Below are positions 63,661 through 64,000 of a stretch of DNA of 64,000 bases, piece by piece. Under the pieces are notes generated by a model. That model did not search any database. It was not told where the DNA came from and saw only the letters and a list, made by a program, of their open reading frames with translations. Source of the DNA: Tubulanus polymorphus (taxonomy: Eukaryota; Animalia; Nemertea); contig NC_134035.1 in the NCBI RefSeq assembly GCF_964204645.1, positions 186,001 to 250,000 on the forward strand, in the 5' to 3' direction. How positions within the stretch are numbered: position 1 is the first letter of the stretch; each line of letters starts with the position of its first letter. Both the position numbers and the translations under genes were made by a program.

Positions 63661-63996
63661 ATGTCGAGAGCGATGAATCCTAGTCAGCAGAAGCTGGCAG
63701 AGCGTCTAACTATACTGAATACCCGCGGTAAAGGTATGCTGACCAGGATTTATAATATTAAAAAGGTAAGTATTTTTCTTTTCCCCCACCCACGGCCACA
63801 CCACCGCAGCGCAGTCTCAGTCAGTGTCAATCCAGTCTCTTGTTGATAGAGAGTCTTGTTCAGAATTGAGTGTTTTTTACGATTGTTTCAGATGCTCGGG
63901 GGTCCAGATTCTAAACCTGGTTTTATGACCGATAAATCATTAGACGCCGCGATGAAAACAATAACCAGAAAATTTCCGACATTTGACAGTCGAGGG
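63661..63996 (+). CDS. NCKAP1: Nck-associated protein 1 / Hem (WAVE complex), first two exons; runs off the window
   Basis: [35 protein letters not shown] (63661-63765), then [29 protein letters not shown] (63892-63996). Confidence 0.92.
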
Positions 63997-64000
63997 GTAA

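Overview
Eukaryotic (animal) genomic DNA: AT-rich, with short GT-AG introns, most like a compact marine invertebrate genome (inference). The left half (1-29.3 kb) is repetitive. It holds a macrosatellite of ~2.84-kb units (7 full periods plus a partial, diverged edge copies), a 6.3-kb 34/36-bp minisatellite, ~1 kb of unique DNA with a spliced orphan ORF and ~165-bp repeats, and a diverged partial copy of the unit. The right half (29.5-64 kb) is gene-dense, with four consecutive head-to-head pairs: FAM199X/INTS12, SERGEF/NFYA, RHNO1/GTPBP6 and a CyaB-like CYTH gene/KMT5B (SUV4-20). The 5' end of NCKAP1 follows. Several MITE families are dispersed through the window, two with TAG..CTA ends and 9-10-bp TSDs. 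The main leads are a B-box match in nearly every minisatellite unit at the repeat/gene boundary, an antisense ORF filling a SERGEF intron, an inverted MITE pair bracketing the probable RHNO1 promoter, and a quadruplicated in-frame splice donor in GTPBP6. Gene names come from recognised motifs, not database searches. I found no clearly proven new system; all leads are hypotheses.
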